From Eledone cirrhosa (taxonomy: Eukaryota), in assembly GCA_964016885.1 (NCBI GenBank), contig OZ024743.1, positions 118,978,001 through 119,042,000 of the forward strand: a DNA stretch of 64,000 nucleotides, in the 5' to 3' direction. This document shows, one piece after another, positions 46,461 through 61,614 of the stretch. A program made the position numbers and the translations under genes. Every line of letters starts with the position of its first letter. Positions within the stretch are counted from its first letter, which is position 1. The notes beneath the pieces are model-generated. The model did no database searches. It worked only from the letters and a program-made list of their open reading frames with translations, and was not told the origin of the DNA.

Positions 46461-46994
46461 TACACATACACCCAAATAATGCACACACACACACATATAT
46501 ATATATATATAGACATACGTATACACACATGTGCGCTTCCATATATACATGTGTGTGTGTGTGTGTGTTTCTATATATAGTCATACGTATATACACGTGT
46601 GTATGCATGTCTGTATATACATACACCCGGTTCTTTGTTCGCAAATATATGACCAATGTTGATTATACAAAGAATGTACCCATATCAGTATTTTGTAAAC
46701 AACAACTATTCAAGTCACAGTAATTAGAAAATCTGTGAGAAAATTTAGTAGAATGTAACTAAATTATGGAATCCAGACCAAGGCGTTTCGAGAAGCTTAT
46801 AATCCTCACTTGAATTAGCAAATTAGTAATGAACTCTATATCGAGTTATGTATCAACTGCTATCGCTATCTACTGCATGGATACTTTCTTTCTCCTATTT
46901 ATAGATTAGCCTTCATCTGAGATGTAATTGAAATAAACGACATTTCACTTCATATATATATATAGACAGAGAGAGAGAGAGAGAGAGAGAGTGC

Positions 46995-47180
46995 ATATAT
47001 ACTAAAAATAAACGGAAATAACAAAACAAACGACACAGCACAATTCACAGCGCATATTCGTTTTACGCTTGAAAGTGGCTTAACGTTTCGGATGCCAGTT
47101 CTTCATCAAAATATAACATGAGAAATTAAAGAAGTTCAAAGAAAGAAAAGAATGGGCGGTGGCAGAAACGAAAATCATGT
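46995..47180 (-). mobile_element. Second, more decayed copy of the hammerhead-bearing pLTR-like relic
   Basis: Minus strand reads ccaccgcccattctt...tttctcat...tTGATGAagaactggcatccGAAACGTTAagcc...ttgttatttccgttta, collinear with 43540-43692. The core C3 is mutated to T. Confidence 0.6.
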
Positions 47181-48812
47181 CTTCGAGAAAAAGCAGGTCT
47201 GTTCCTTTTGGAGAGAGAGAGAGAGAGAGAGAGAGAGGAAGTATGTGTAACGTTTTCTTGTCTTTAGTTTTAGAGTTGGTTGGGTGACTAAACCAATTTC
47301 TTGGATCTTTTGTTATAACAATGTTATAGTTATATCGAAAGAAAACATTGAGAAATGTATTGTATTGATGCTGATTGTGTTTCACTTAGAAATATAATAA
47401 ACAACAAAGATTATCGAACACAGAGTTGTTTCTGTACTTCGTCATTCATCCTTCACTACGATGCAAGTACGATGAAAGCTTCTGCAATGCTGAGGATGTT
47501 AATATAAAGTGAAAAATGTTCTAATTTTTATTCCATTTGCCACATGAATGAAAATAACATTAATACTTGACTTACTTTTTTATAATTTAGTGGGAGCGGG
47601 GCAGTTGCAGCAATTCTTTTTCAATTCCTTGTCAGCTTGTTAACGTTCTATGTATTAAATATGTTAACACCAATATACCGTCTTCCATTCTGCTGATATC
47701 TTTAAGGTATTGTATAATATTAATATATTTACTTAGCGCTTCTGTCATCACTGATTCAGTAACTACTGTGAATGACAACATCTTATTTGTTTATCATTCG
47801 TTTGAACGAATGTTGAATGTAATGGATTCTCTGTATGGATTCTACTAATGAAATCAACGTCTACTTGGCTGGATATTACGTAATGGTATATAGTTGGGAT
47901 TAAAAATTAATACAGGAAATTATTTAATATGAATACACTATAGGTTGCCGAGAAATTAATGAATTACACTCACGAACATGAGGTTATAAATTTGATTCCT
48001 TGGCCAGGTAGCATGTTGTGCTTGAGTAACATGCCTCACTTCACTTTTCATGCGATTATCTTACTAGGGCCCCAATCACTAAAACACCCGAGACATCCTA
48101 TGACATGCAAACGTGAAGAAAGCTAGCTAAACCTGCATATGTGTGAGGTTTGAGGAAGGAATTTAACACAGGACATGAGTAGTACTTTATTTTTCGATAT
48201 ATATCTTATGAAAGGCGGGATTCGGAGTGTAAGTGCCGGAAAGAAAGTCATAAGCCATTCAAACCGACGCTCTAATGATTTAAAATCTGATTAATGAATG
48301 GCATTATACATCCTCTTTAAAATATAATTTCAGAAAGCAGTCATTATCGTGTAATGTTTCAACCTGTTAATTGTGCTACATGAATTATTGTGAATCCAAA
48401 ACTCATTTAAAATGAAAATAGAAACAAAATATAACAAATAAAAGCAGAATAAGGGTTTTAAAATCTTGGGTGTGTCTGTATGTGAGTATGTGAAAGTATG
48501 TTCGCACAGAAAGTATCGGAAGTCGTTGCACATGTAGGGAATTTTACGTACCTTCTGTAGCTTCGTAGAATCCAGTAAACGTGTCATTATGTTTGGACCC
48601 ATTCAGCACTGTGTAGGCAAAATAGAATAATGTTGTAGTAAAGGGATAAAAAACAGAATCGGTATGGGTCACAAGATATCTTGTCTAAATATAAGTCATG
48701 GCACAGTTTACCTTATATATATATATAAGGTAAACTGTGCCATGATTTATATTCAGACAAGATATCTTGTGAATACACACACATAAATAACCACACAAAT
48801 ACAGACACAAAC

Positions 48813-48814
<2 letters not shown>

Positions 48815-48843
<29 letters not shown>

Positions 48844-48913
48844 TGTATGTATGTATGTATGTATGTATGTATGTATGTATGTATGTATGTATGTATGTAT
48901 GTATGTATGTATG

Positions 48914-48947
<34 letters not shown>

Positions 48948-48948
48948 T
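48815..48948. repeat. (ATGT)n tetranucleotide array
   Basis: Read directly. Confidence 0.95.
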
Positions 48949-49544
48949 ATATAATACATACATACATATATATTTGCACACACGAACCCACGTAAGAGAA
49001 TATGCAACCACACAGACTACCAATTTCTCATTACACATTTTACAGAGCAATATATCATAAATAACAATTCAAATTTCAAATGTAAAAGAAAATAAATCAT
49101 GCACAGTAACAACAGTATAAACATATACACGCACTCATTAAAGTGATACACAGATAAAGTGCCAATAGGACGAACAAGCAATAAGAATGAGAATTGTGGA
49201 ATTTATCAAATGTACATTTCACAAAGACGAGTGTATAAGAAAAAAAGAAAAAAAACACACACAGCAAAATTACAATTATGTCATACATCACTGCATTTTA
49301 GTATACATACAATATGAAGAGTCCATGAGATGGGCCACATACATAAACGCAAACAGAATGGACATATATTTTTTTATTCATTTCACTATAAACTTTATTA
49401 TTATTATTAATATTGAGAAAACATCACATTTCTATAATTTTTCATTAGCTTGTGTATACGTACGTGAATAATATATGCTTATAATGCTACATATGGTGGT
49501 TATATGGCAATATACATCCTCTTTAAAATATAATTTTATGGTGG

Positions 49545-49580
<36 letters not shown>

Positions 49581-50058
49581 CTAGATATAATATATATATA
49601 TATATATATGTGTGTATATATAGCTAGCTAGATATAATAAAGAGATATAGTCCCAACGTCGAACCTAGCAGTTTTAACTAGAGGAACTGAATACAGCCAA
49701 GCTCGTTGTTTGAGATGGATGTCATCTGTGTACTTATACTACATATCAATATGCAAGAAGTATTACATTGATTTACGACTTATCATTGATTCGATTTGCA
49801 CATGTGTTGTTTAAATTCACCATCCTAAACTACCACCTCCATGCACCAGAATTATTTTAAGGCGAAGGCTCAGAAGAGGAAGACCAGTTTAAAAATCGTT
49901 CTAGAGCAAGAAACTCTATCGAACGCGCGATAACTAACTACAACTAACTATTGCTACAAATAATCTATGTAACTAAAATTTGTAAATCACTCGATCACTG
50001 TACCAATAATTTCTTTCATTTCTCTCTCTCTCTTCCTCTCTATCTATCTATCTCTCTG

Positions 50059-50575
<517 letters not shown>

Positions 50576-50973
50576 GTTCTTCTGGTTTTATAATTTCACA
50601 AATTTTTGTCAATAGAAAGAGAGTCGGTTTCTAACATAGACACAAGACTCTCTCATTGGAATTTACACAACTTGAACTAGGCAGATGTGTAGGCATGTCT
50701 GCATGCATGTGAAGATATAGATGTTATTGTATGTATCGATGTGCATCTTTTGAGTTGCATGTGTGCATGTGTATATGCTTAGTATCTGTACATGCAGTTA
50801 TTAGATGCAACATTTTTGGAATGCTTTACATATTTTTACTGTTCCATTAATGGATTGTACTTGTAATTTCCTAACTAGTTGTGTTCTTTCTGTTCCTGTG
50901 AAGCCTAGCTTCTCAAGATTTGTATTGAGGCAGTTACTAACATAACCCAATGCCTCAATATGTGTGTGGGGGG

Positions 50974-51053
<80 letters not shown>

Positions 51054-52450
51054 CTGTGTGTGCCTGTGTGTAAGGAGGAGAGAGTGAGGGTAAGAAAAAG
51101 AACTACATATCACATTGTTCCTGAAATTATTTTTCATTGCGCATTCAAAGAATATTTCCTGTGTTTTATTTCTTCACCATGTTTTTTGGTTTTCTGTCTT
51201 TATGCGCGCCCATTTTCCCATATACGTTTCAAGTCAAAGTCAGCTACGGATATTTTGTTTGTTAATGCCTGTCGCTATCCTCCCTCGTACTATTACTATC
51301 CTTAATAGTGTTGTTTGTGTAATAGTTTTCTGTTGTAAGACACCAAACACGTTACAGTGCTAAAGAACATGTTTTTTTCAGACATAGTATTACTACATCG
51401 ACATTATCACGTGCATCCTGCAAAGATTGTTGAAGAAGTGTGGAGAGGGTTTGGGCTGATATTTCCGGCAAATCATACAACTGCGTAGTACATCAAGATA
51501 TTAATCAATGTCCACTCAAACATTTATGATTTCAAAGTGAACTCAGTGTGCTTGATTACTGTAAAATATTATAAACTTTAAATATACGCTATTTATATAT
51601 ACGTCTGTAGCACACACAGCGTGTGTGTGTGTGCTTGCGTATATATATTTCATAAACAGATATGTTGAGGTCGACATCTTTTCTTTTATACATGAAATGA
51701 AAAATATTATGGGATCACGCTATTTTTTTCCTTTTATCGGACGGTATGTGATTGTAGAATCCCTAGATTCATCATCAAATCTCTATACCTTAATGTTTAC
51801 AACTTGAGGGTGAGGTTATGTGTTCCTTTTTAATTTAAACAGCCTTAAAATAATTGTTATAAATATTACCTCCGAAACAGGAGTTCATATGTACAAATCT
51901 AACACCAAAATGTTAAATTATATCTTTAATATTTTGATTGACTACTATAATTAAAAAGCAACAGACACCAATGTTCCATCCTGAAGTGGAAGCCCTAAAG
52001 ATCTAGAAATATTGAAGATAAAATAGTAAACTACACCGTTCCGAACTATTAACTAGGAAATAATACCGAAATATGAATGAATTAAAAGATATATATAAAC
52101 TTCGTTTCTGAATTTATTTGCAAGTTTCTTCATGAGAAATAATGTGTTGAAACATTTGTTGTTATAATTTAGGAGCGTAATTCAGGCAATATAAACATAC
52201 GTAACAAAGGAGTTTCAGTAAGATTGAGTTATAAAATCTATTTATCGTTTGGGTTAGCCACAAACCATAAACAAGATGGAGCAACTGGGACAGAATCGAA
52301 GCCAAGAAGAAACACAGGAGGACAAACTCGTAAGTGAGAAGGCCATTCTAGGTGTGTCGAAAAAGCTTTCACAATTTAATAACTGTAAGTTTGGTAAACG
52401 TAACGATGAATATGTGTGTGTGTGTGTGCGTGTGTGTGTCTGTGTGTATG

Positions 52451-52532
<82 letters not shown>

Positions 52533-52869
52533 TGTATATATACATGAACACATGTGTTTCTATATATACATTTTCATTTAATTTCAAAGCATCAACGTTG
52601 TTTGACTGTGAAAATTAGTCTAACAAATGGGGCATATATTCCCTGGAGACGGAAAATATTGTATGGCAGCACTCGTGGGACTTGAACCCACACCTACAAT
52701 ATACACTTTACGCACGCACACACACACACACTATCCGACATACATACATACAGACACATACAGACGTATATACACAGACATTCTCATAAACACACACATA
52801 CACATATATAAACATACACACACACATATATATATATACATACATACGTATTCTTACTTACACACAGAA

Positions 52870-52960
52870 AGTAATTGCAGATTATGTGGTGACTGTGAAA
52901 GAGACAATCAATCATATAGTTTCAGGTTTCGCAATCTCAGCGGAAAAAATTCCGATGGTA
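52870..52960 (+). mobile_element. R4/Dong-like LINE fragment (zinc-knuckle region)
   Basis: SNCRLCGDCE/ETINHIVSG(F) across a frameshift matches the CxxC..ETxxHIVSGC knuckle that precedes RLE domains. Confidence 0.6.
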
Positions 52961-53387
52961 GACAAGTGATGTTAGTAATACACTTCAAAATACTTTTTTC
53001 TACATGGGAGATTGGAATTGCAATAATTTTCTGGATTATAATTTTCAACCCTGACAGTGAAAGACGAAAAAATCAATGTTTTTTAACAAGCCTAAAAATT
53101 CGTAAGATATGTTATTCTCCAAAAACCAAAATAAATCTTATGCAAACATAAGACAGCATGTGTATGTATATATATATATATACGTGAGAATATAAAACTT
53201 CCAATAGAAGATGACAAAAACAACAATACTGATAATGCATGCACTAATATTGCAACAGATATAGACCGAGCTGAGGTGAAACTTTGTTCTCGGTATGGTG
53301 AATTAACTGTTGTGGAACTACTTCTACCAAACTCGTCCCATGGACTGAGTGCTCTCCTACTACGGATATAACCCTTCAGTTCTGTAC

Positions 53388-53481
<94 letters not shown>

Positions 53482-53890
53482 AGATAGGGGGAATTAGAAA
53501 GAATATTTTAATCAAGCTTGTCTTTCTAACGCTTGTCTTAACTATTTACTGTCGTCGGTGTTTGAAAGAACGTATATCTGTCAATCATGGAACAAGCATT
53601 GCCATACGATTAGTGCTCTCTAAGTAATGCCAACTGTCTTGATCGGGCATTGCATTAAACTGAGAATAGACATTTCTTTGGCAAATGTTGTAAAAGTTGA
53701 ATATCACGATCTAGGCTAAAATGTGATCTTTGGCTTGCGGCTCATTGACATGCAATGGCCTTACTTAATATCGAGCGGATTTCTCTCTCTCTCCCTCACA
53801 ACCAGAGAGAGAGAGAGAAAAGAAAGGCATGATTGCCACTACTGGAATGGCTTCTTTCAAATTTACTTACAATCTGGTCTGTCTCTCAGA

Positions 53891-54661
53891 TAATTGTTTC
53901 TACGTTTGGCACAAGGCCACCAATTACCCAGTGCATTACTGGTACTTATTTTATCGACCCCGTAAGGATGAAAGGCAACTAATATCATTCAGCATTGTGT
54001 GCAACTTCGGAGGAATGTGAAAGCATTCAGTAATCCAAATACAAGATAGTTAATAATAATAATAATAATTGTTTCTACTTTTGACACAAGGCCGTCATTT
54101 ACCCAGTACATTACTGGTACTTTATTTTATCGACCCAGTAAGGATGAAAGGCAAAGTTAACCTCGGCGGGATTTGAACTCAGATCATAAAGGGAGGTAAC
54201 TCTATGCTTCAAAGCAAGGTGTCCGGCCCTCTACCGATACTGCCAATCCTACAAAAGACTGTCCTGTTAGGCATTGCCTGTATACTCAGGAAAGTACTGT
54301 CTGTGTAAAGTATTTGTTGAGACCCGATAGGCAGTAGAAGATTCAGTAATTAGCATATTTACTATGAAAAACCGTACATAATAATTATTTTAAACATTGG
54401 CACAAGGCCAACAATCTGGAAGGGGGTCGATTAAATCAACTCCAGTATCTACTATTGCTTCATGTTAACTAACCCAGACGGATGAAAGGCAAAATTGACC
54501 TTCAGGTTTGGACTAAAAAATAATGTTGGCCTAGTTGTTTTATTTTATCGAATCCAGATGGATGTAGAGACCTTGGCGGGATTTGAACTCATAATGTAAA
54601 ACACCGAAACAAAATGCTGCAAAACGTTTTCGTCGAAACTCTAACGACAGTGTCAATCCAA
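53891..54661 (-). mobile_element. Cluster of four same-strand SINE family 1 copies or fragments (53891-53978, 54066-54250, about 54384-54505, about 54530-54661)
   Basis: Repeated ggcacaaggcc / ctggtac..ttttatcgaccc / ggatgaaaggc / ggcgggatttgaactc blocks. Confidence 0.85.
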
Positions 54662-57259
54662 CCTTTAGGACGAGAAAAAACTAATAGTAGAACTAAAGAA
54701 ACAAGGAGGTGATTTGGGTAAAAAGATGTTTAGCAAAGTTAAATAAATAATGATGAAAAAAAAAAAAAAAAAAAAAGAAAAGAGCTCAGCAAATGAGGAA
54801 AAAAATAGAAATTAAATAGCACAAATAAATAAATAATTATTCTCATATGGAAAATAAAAAATGCGTCGAAACGGTGAAAACAACTAAGAAAGAAAGAATA
54901 AAATAAGTAACAAAGAATAAAATCAGATGAGAAAAATAATAAAAGCAAGCACAATATATAAAGAAAAATAGAGAAAGTCAGTGGAGGAAAAGATTGGGTC
55001 AGATTAAAAATCCTGGATGGGTGGGTGACAGACAATAAAACGAAGGATGTGTTGGAGCAGAAAGAATAGCAAAGTGACGCTGAAATGTTTCCAAAGAGAA
55101 GCCAAAAGTGAAATGAAGACGAAGTTAAATGAAGCAGAAATCCTAAAAAGAAAAGACATTTGAAATGGGTTTCAATGAACGCGCTCGTTTAAGTTGCATT
55201 TGAAAAGAAAAAGAGGTGGGCAAATGGTAAAAGAAACGGCTACCCGTGTATTATAGGGCGTGGCACGGCTGAAAAAGAAGGCCGGACACTTGAAATACGT
55301 AGTGTGTTTGCGAGCAAATGCATATATGAACAAAATTAACTTTTTTTTCTATACACATACGCGCGCCTATATGTGTGTGTGTACGTGCGGTTTTGTCCAC
55401 GTTTATACGTGTGGATATTATGCTTATGTCTATATGTGTTTTTAAATACGGGTGGTTATCATTGTGTTTTACTGCATGTTTTTTACACACTCACATTTAT
55501 ATAATAGTATGTGTGTGTGTGTATTTGTATGCAAATACATGAGTACTGATGTGTGTTTATTTCCTAGGCAGATTTTTTATGTAAACCCGTCTGTGTATTA
55601 ATTTACAATATGCCCATACTTAACTATGTATATGTGCATGCATGCGTTTAGCTATATATGAATATGCGTATATAAAGTATATATGTGTGTCAGCAAGCAT
55701 GCATTATCAATCAGGTGAGTTTGAAAAAAATAAATTACTTAACACAATAGCTGCTCTAAACTACGGAATTAATAAAGTGACGAAACACTAGAGGGCGTTT
55801 CCAAACCTTGAAACATTAAGTTAATGGTTATATATATATATGCCTGGAAGGAGGAAGAAATAATAAATACACGTGATAAACGGGGTGGCAATATGTTGCG
55901 CACTTTTATCAATGAAGTTTTAGGTAATGTTTTGACACGAAGCGTGCATGGTGTATGTAAAATAACACTAGACCGAAAGTGAAAGTTACCAAATGAAAAA
56001 TAAAGACATATGCTATATGTACTCTTAGATATTTAAGTTCATGAATGTAAAAACAAATATAGATTGGTTATCTTATAAATCGCATAATAAATATTCATTA
56101 GTCAAAGAAAGGTGCACACATTATTATTCAGATTTCACAGATGTATATTCTTAATTACATAAGTTTGTATATTGCACATACTTCCCAGTAATCCCTTCTA
56201 TTTCTTTTGTTATGTTCAATTTACATGTATATCGTCATTCAATCGGACTTACACACTTATAAGTGCGTATTGTTGAATAGATGATACTTACACATTTACT
56301 CAATTTAGATTACACAATAAAATTCTGGTACAGATCAAGGAGAATCCTTTCTTATTAACTATACAGTTTATTTTTTTAGTTTACTACACTAAAATATGTT
56401 GACGTTAAGAGAGACGAAGAACCTCATAAGATGCCAGGCCCTGTGCAAATGATAGAAGCAAAACGGTGATTCTACTGCTCAAACAACACAATGCACTGAG
56501 GAAATATTCGAATTACTTCCAATAAAATCATAAACTAGTTTTAAGGGATAAACTCACGTACCCGTTCTGCCACAGTTGTATTGAATGAAAACAAACAAAA
56601 CACGATTAAATGAACATAAATAACAATATATTTAAAGATTAGAAAGAGGAAATGTGAAGTTTTGATGTTTCTACTATTGACTAAATGAATTATCAATCTC
56701 AGTACAGCTTCCACTGAGAATCAAAATCTTGATCCGCTCAGTAAATGATGAAAGAGAGACCGCCTTAGCATCAGCAATATTTAAGAAAAATAATATGAAT
56801 ATCTTTATTTATATATATATATAGAACTATATTATCAATTATCAAAGGATAGTAGAGAAATAAATTTATATAATGTATTCCCAGCTTTTGTATATTTTTA
56901 AGCCGAAAAGTCAAAATCTAATATTCAGGAAAATAAGAAAACTCGAAAAAAATCTTATTTGGTCGGTATAGTCTACGTCCTTAAGACGAGTAAGTAATTA
57001 CAATATACCAACTAAAGTTAAACAAAAATGTTCAGTGATGAATCTTCACGATTCTGTTTCTCTCAGATGAGAATGAGCTGTGATCGTAGAAACACATCAA
57101 TTCTATGGACGTTGTAAAACGAATACTGCAACAACATTTGAATAATTCGATGTCACATCGCATTCGAAAAAATTGTAGGAGTATAAACACCATTGTTTAA
57201 TGAAAGATGATTACTTTTCCATTAATGCCCCTCCCTCTCTCTCTCTCTCTCTCTCTTTG

Positions 57260-57295
<36 letters not shown>

Positions 57296-58082
57296 ATACA
57301 CTAACAGAGAAAGATTTAAGCAATACTCCGACCGACTTCCGTCTCACTCAACAAACATTAGGATATACCTTAGTATAATCCCAATTATACGTTTGGGGTG
57401 CTAACTATATGTATTTTGCGGATAGCCAGTTTAAAACGGATATGTTATATTATTTTATATGAGACATAATTAAATAAGCAAAAGGATATTAATTTGTTGG
57501 TAATTCAACAAATATATTTATATATTTATATATATATATATATACACCCTAACTCTACTAACAAGTCGTTCATTCTGTCATATGTAGCAGCTCAAATTTG
57601 TTCAAATCGCATCTCACTGTTTTAAAACGGATATGTTATATTATGTGGTCCTATTTTCTTAGTACATGGGGAAAAGGCGCTAAGATTGCAGCTAGAATGC
57701 CATTAATCAGCGGTTAGCTTGAGCACAACTCACGGAGCCAATGAGTGCGGTACATCTATTTGGTCGCTTGACCTTATAGAAGAAAAAAAAGAAGAGAGAA
57801 ATCTTCTTCAAACCACGCACAGCTATCTTTAAAATACGAGGCATAAGACAATGTTGTCGTTAATATAAAGAAAAAAAGGAGGATGTATTCGAAATGCATA
57901 TACAACAGGTTGGGAAGTCTAAATGCACTGAGTTTAAAACTTGACCAATCAGAGCATTTACTCAACTATCACTCAAACCATTGTTATATGTGTGTACATA
58001 TATTACTTTTCATTAGCTGAGAAGCTACACAAGTTACCCAGGGATCTAGAAAGTGTGTCTACGTGTGTATATATATATATAA

Positions 58083-58169
<87 letters not shown>

Positions 58170-59439
58170 CGCGAGTGTGAAAAACAGTGATATTGATTAT
58201 ATTACGACTTCTAGAAGATAATGGCGTCTATGCATTTTGTGGAATCCCAAGTTTCTTATACCCAACATCCCGCTGGCTTACAAATTAGAAGCAGAAAATA
58301 TAAAAAAAAACAATGTTTTTGTTCTTTTTTAATATTTTAAAATACATGAAACAATTCCTTAAAAAGAAACCATTACAAAACAAATAAATAAATAAATGAT
58401 TTATATTAAACACATTTCCTTCTCACCATCTCTTATCACTATACGAAAAAAAAAAAACATGCTACCAGTAATGTGTCCTTTAGAAATACCATTGGACATT
58501 TTTTTTTCCATTTTACTGTAAAGCTGGTAATTTCATCATTGTATCACGAACACTCACACCTTAATTATCTGTCTGCTTAAAGAGCTATCGATGATAATGA
58601 TTATGGTGATGAGGGTGAGGGTGACGATGATGGCGGGGTGTTGGTGTTCGTTGTTTGGATGGTTTGGATGGTTGTGACAGCTTGTCAATTCATCGAATTG
58701 GGAGTTGTTTCGTGATTGCATTAACTAGTCCTTTGTACACACTTATTGTTTGTTGCTAGAGATGGTAGAGGAAAACCGACTCAAGAATCTAATTTAGTCT
58801 ATATGCCCCAAACCAGCTTTTCATTGCTCAGGCCGTGCGCGCACGCACACGCACGCGTACACACTCGCTGATGTTAATGTCCCTCTTACTGCTGTTGCTA
58901 TACAAATGTTATTTATTGTTGCTTTCTTGTTTTTATTGTTCTTGATATGGCTTGAAAAGGAAAAGAACGAGGTAATATTATAAATGCATTGGCGCAGTTT
59001 TCTTGTCAATGAACGAATGCGCGAGAGCGTATGTATTTTCATTTTTCTTTTTTTTCGCGTTTTCTTTCAAGGAACAACAACTGCTTAGATTTGATATTTA
59101 CTGGGCGGAGAGTAATAACTCTACCCAGATAAGACATATAAAACGTTTAAGAGTACGGTACACACACACTCACGCATATATATATATCCTACGTCCTAAC
59201 TGTAAACATTTAAAAGGATTATGAAAATACGAGGCCCATCACCAAGCCAAATAAACGCACCGGTTTACTAAAAGGTCTGCCCTTAGTATCCTCACACAGT
59301 GAACACCACAAATAGCATAACGAAGAGCCATGAGCCATAGTGACAACGTCCTAATATAACAGTAACTATAAATGAAATTCTGCACGGATGAGACGTGAAC
59401 TTCGGAAGCTAGAAGAAAGACCACCCATCCAGAACAGTA

Positions 59440-60296
59440 ATCACAAATACAATATTACGATGGCCAGCAAAAATAACGGGTCGTAGGCATTGACTACTCG
59501 ACATGGAAAGAAGTGACTGGAAGAAACGGCAATCTAGATCTTAATACGAAATGAGAGACTTTATAAGACTTCTGTTCTTTGAATGGGCTTTCTATTTCTC
59601 TGTTCAGAGAGGTGCGTCATTACGAGTTGGAAAGAATTCACAGTTAATCTCCTAAACTCGACCACGATAGCATCTTCTGGTGTATAAGAGGTGCAAGTGA
59701 GAGCAATGACTAATCTCGGAGGCTGAGGTCACAAGAGCAATTAAAGAACTCAAATGTAACAAGACAGCTAGGGAGGATGTAATTGGACCTTAAACTTTAA
59801 AAGCCTGTTCGCAAGCTGACTCGTGTGTACCGAGCGGCTCGTTCTCTGGAATGGCACCTAAGCAATAGAAATCGGGAGTAATAATTCCAATTTCCAAAAA
59901 GCCAGACAAGAGAGATTGCTGCAATTATAGATGTATCATACTGTGAAACCTCCCCGGCAAAACCTATGCTAAGTGTCTGGCAAACAGAAGGGCGTGGATT
60001 TCGCCCTGTACGCAGCACAGCCGACTAAATATTTACACTGCGGCATGTCCTTTGGAAATCGCGAGAGTTGTACCAAGAGGTGTATTTATGTTTTGTAGAT
60101 CTCGAGAAGACAAGTGATTTCATTCCACGAGATTTGTTGCGGAGGTTTCAGCAGGAGTATGGGAATGATGAACAGTATTTGTGTTAGGATAAATGGTGCT
60201 AGGTCGAACCCATTCAATATGGGTGTTAGACTCCGCCAAGAGTGCGTACTGCCAACTCTGATGTTCATAATCTTCATGGACAGGATTGACATGCGT
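59440..60296 (+). mobile_element. Heavily deleted RTE-clade LINE (APE and RT remnants, family A-like)
   Basis: VGIDYSTWKEVTGRNGNLDLN..DFCSLNGLSI (APE domain), EVTRAIKELKCNKTAREDVI, GVIIPI, CFVDLEK, GVRLRQECVLPTLMFIIFMDRID. Confidence 0.82.
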
Positions 60297-60345
60297 AATA
60301 TGTATACATATAACGCAAAGCATTTTTACAACACTCTACCCCTTC

Positions 60346-60390
<45 letters not shown>

Positions 60391-60391
<1 letters not shown>

Positions 60392-60667
60392 GGACCTAAA
60401 GTGGGAGGTGAAAAGGATTTGGAACTGCCATGAAGTCAAAGTGATCCCGATTGTCATAGGCGCACTGGGGACTATCTCCAAAGGTTTCCAGGGATGGTTA
60501 AAGAAAATCGGCCCCTTCACGCTTTTTGGAACGCTTCAAAAGGCATGCTTGCTTGGAACGGCAAGAACCCTCCGATACGTCCTGAATATCTGAGGCTGCA
60601 GGTAGTGGCTTGATATTCAATCCAACGGACTTTCCAGTTAACCAACATCAATGACTGAGATTCAAGG
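60391..60667 (+). mobile_element. R4/Dong-like non-LTR retrotransposon 3' end (RLE endonuclease C-terminus) inserted in (AAT)n
   Basis: KDLKWEVKRIWNCHEVKVIPIVIGALGTISKG...LQKACLLGTARTLRYVL*. (AAT)n lies on both sides (about 60347-60390 and 60668-60697), matching the known TAA-repeat targeting of Dong-type elements. Confidence 0.85.
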
Positions 60668-60804
60668 AATAACAATAACAATAATAATAATAATAAAGAA
60701 GAAAAAGAAGAATGAGGAGAAGAAGAAAATGAATGAGAAAAAGACGAAAAAAGAAAAAGAAGAAAAGGAAGAAAAAGAAAAACATGGTGACAATAATTCT
60801 TCAT

Positions 60805-60896
60805 AGAAGAAGAAGAAGAAGAAGAAGAAGAAGAAGAAGAAGAAGAAGAAGAAGAAGAAGAAGAAGAAGAAGAAGAAGAAGAAGAAGAAGAAGAAA
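60805..60896. repeat. (GAA)n microsatellite
   Basis: Read directly. Confidence 0.97.
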
Positions 60897-61614
60897 CAAA
60901 TGGTGACAACAACTCTTCATTTCAGATGCAGAAAACAGACATCAAGCAATACACCCACCACCGGAAACACTCCTTCTCCTATCAGATACAAAACTTCAAG
61001 ATTGACACTATTAAGTTTAGCACATTGAAACATGATGCCTATGTCTAGAAAGATTGCAGAGATATTAGAGAGAAGGTAAGTAGATTGTGGTGTGTAGAAT
61101 AAGATGGGGAGGGGGAGCTTCAGCGAAACTGCTCATGGGTAAATACTTCTATGTTGGCAACAATATTGGGGTGAATGAAATAGGCACACTACTGTTAGAA
61201 AAATTGATAAAGTTTGAAGGGGTCACTATATGAAAAATATATTAATTAAACCTTTTCTATACTAGTTGTGGGCCACACAGCAGCAAAAATTATCTTTGTA
61301 TATGCATCTTGACCAAGATGGGAGATGTGCAAAATTGCTGTTTCAATGGGGATTTTTTGCAAGTAAACTTGATAACAAATAACAGTGATCTTGTTATGAT
61401 AGCTTTGGTTGTTAATGGACATGTTGGCGGTGATCCTATATACGTACAGATGGTGATTCTGTTACATATAAAGGATTACGAATATAGTTCGAGGAAGGAA
61501 GAGGAATCAACTCGTTTGGAAATTTTTTTTTTGTTTTGCCTTACATAACCTAACAACCTGCCACACTAAATTCATAAATAAAGGCCAGGCTCCATCAAGA
61601 AAACAACATATTCT

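Noticed and set aside
52276-52335. Possible first coding exon MEQLGQNRSQEETQEDKL followed by GTAAGT
   Set aside because: No recognisable homology or downstream partner exon. Such motifs arise by chance in 64 kb.
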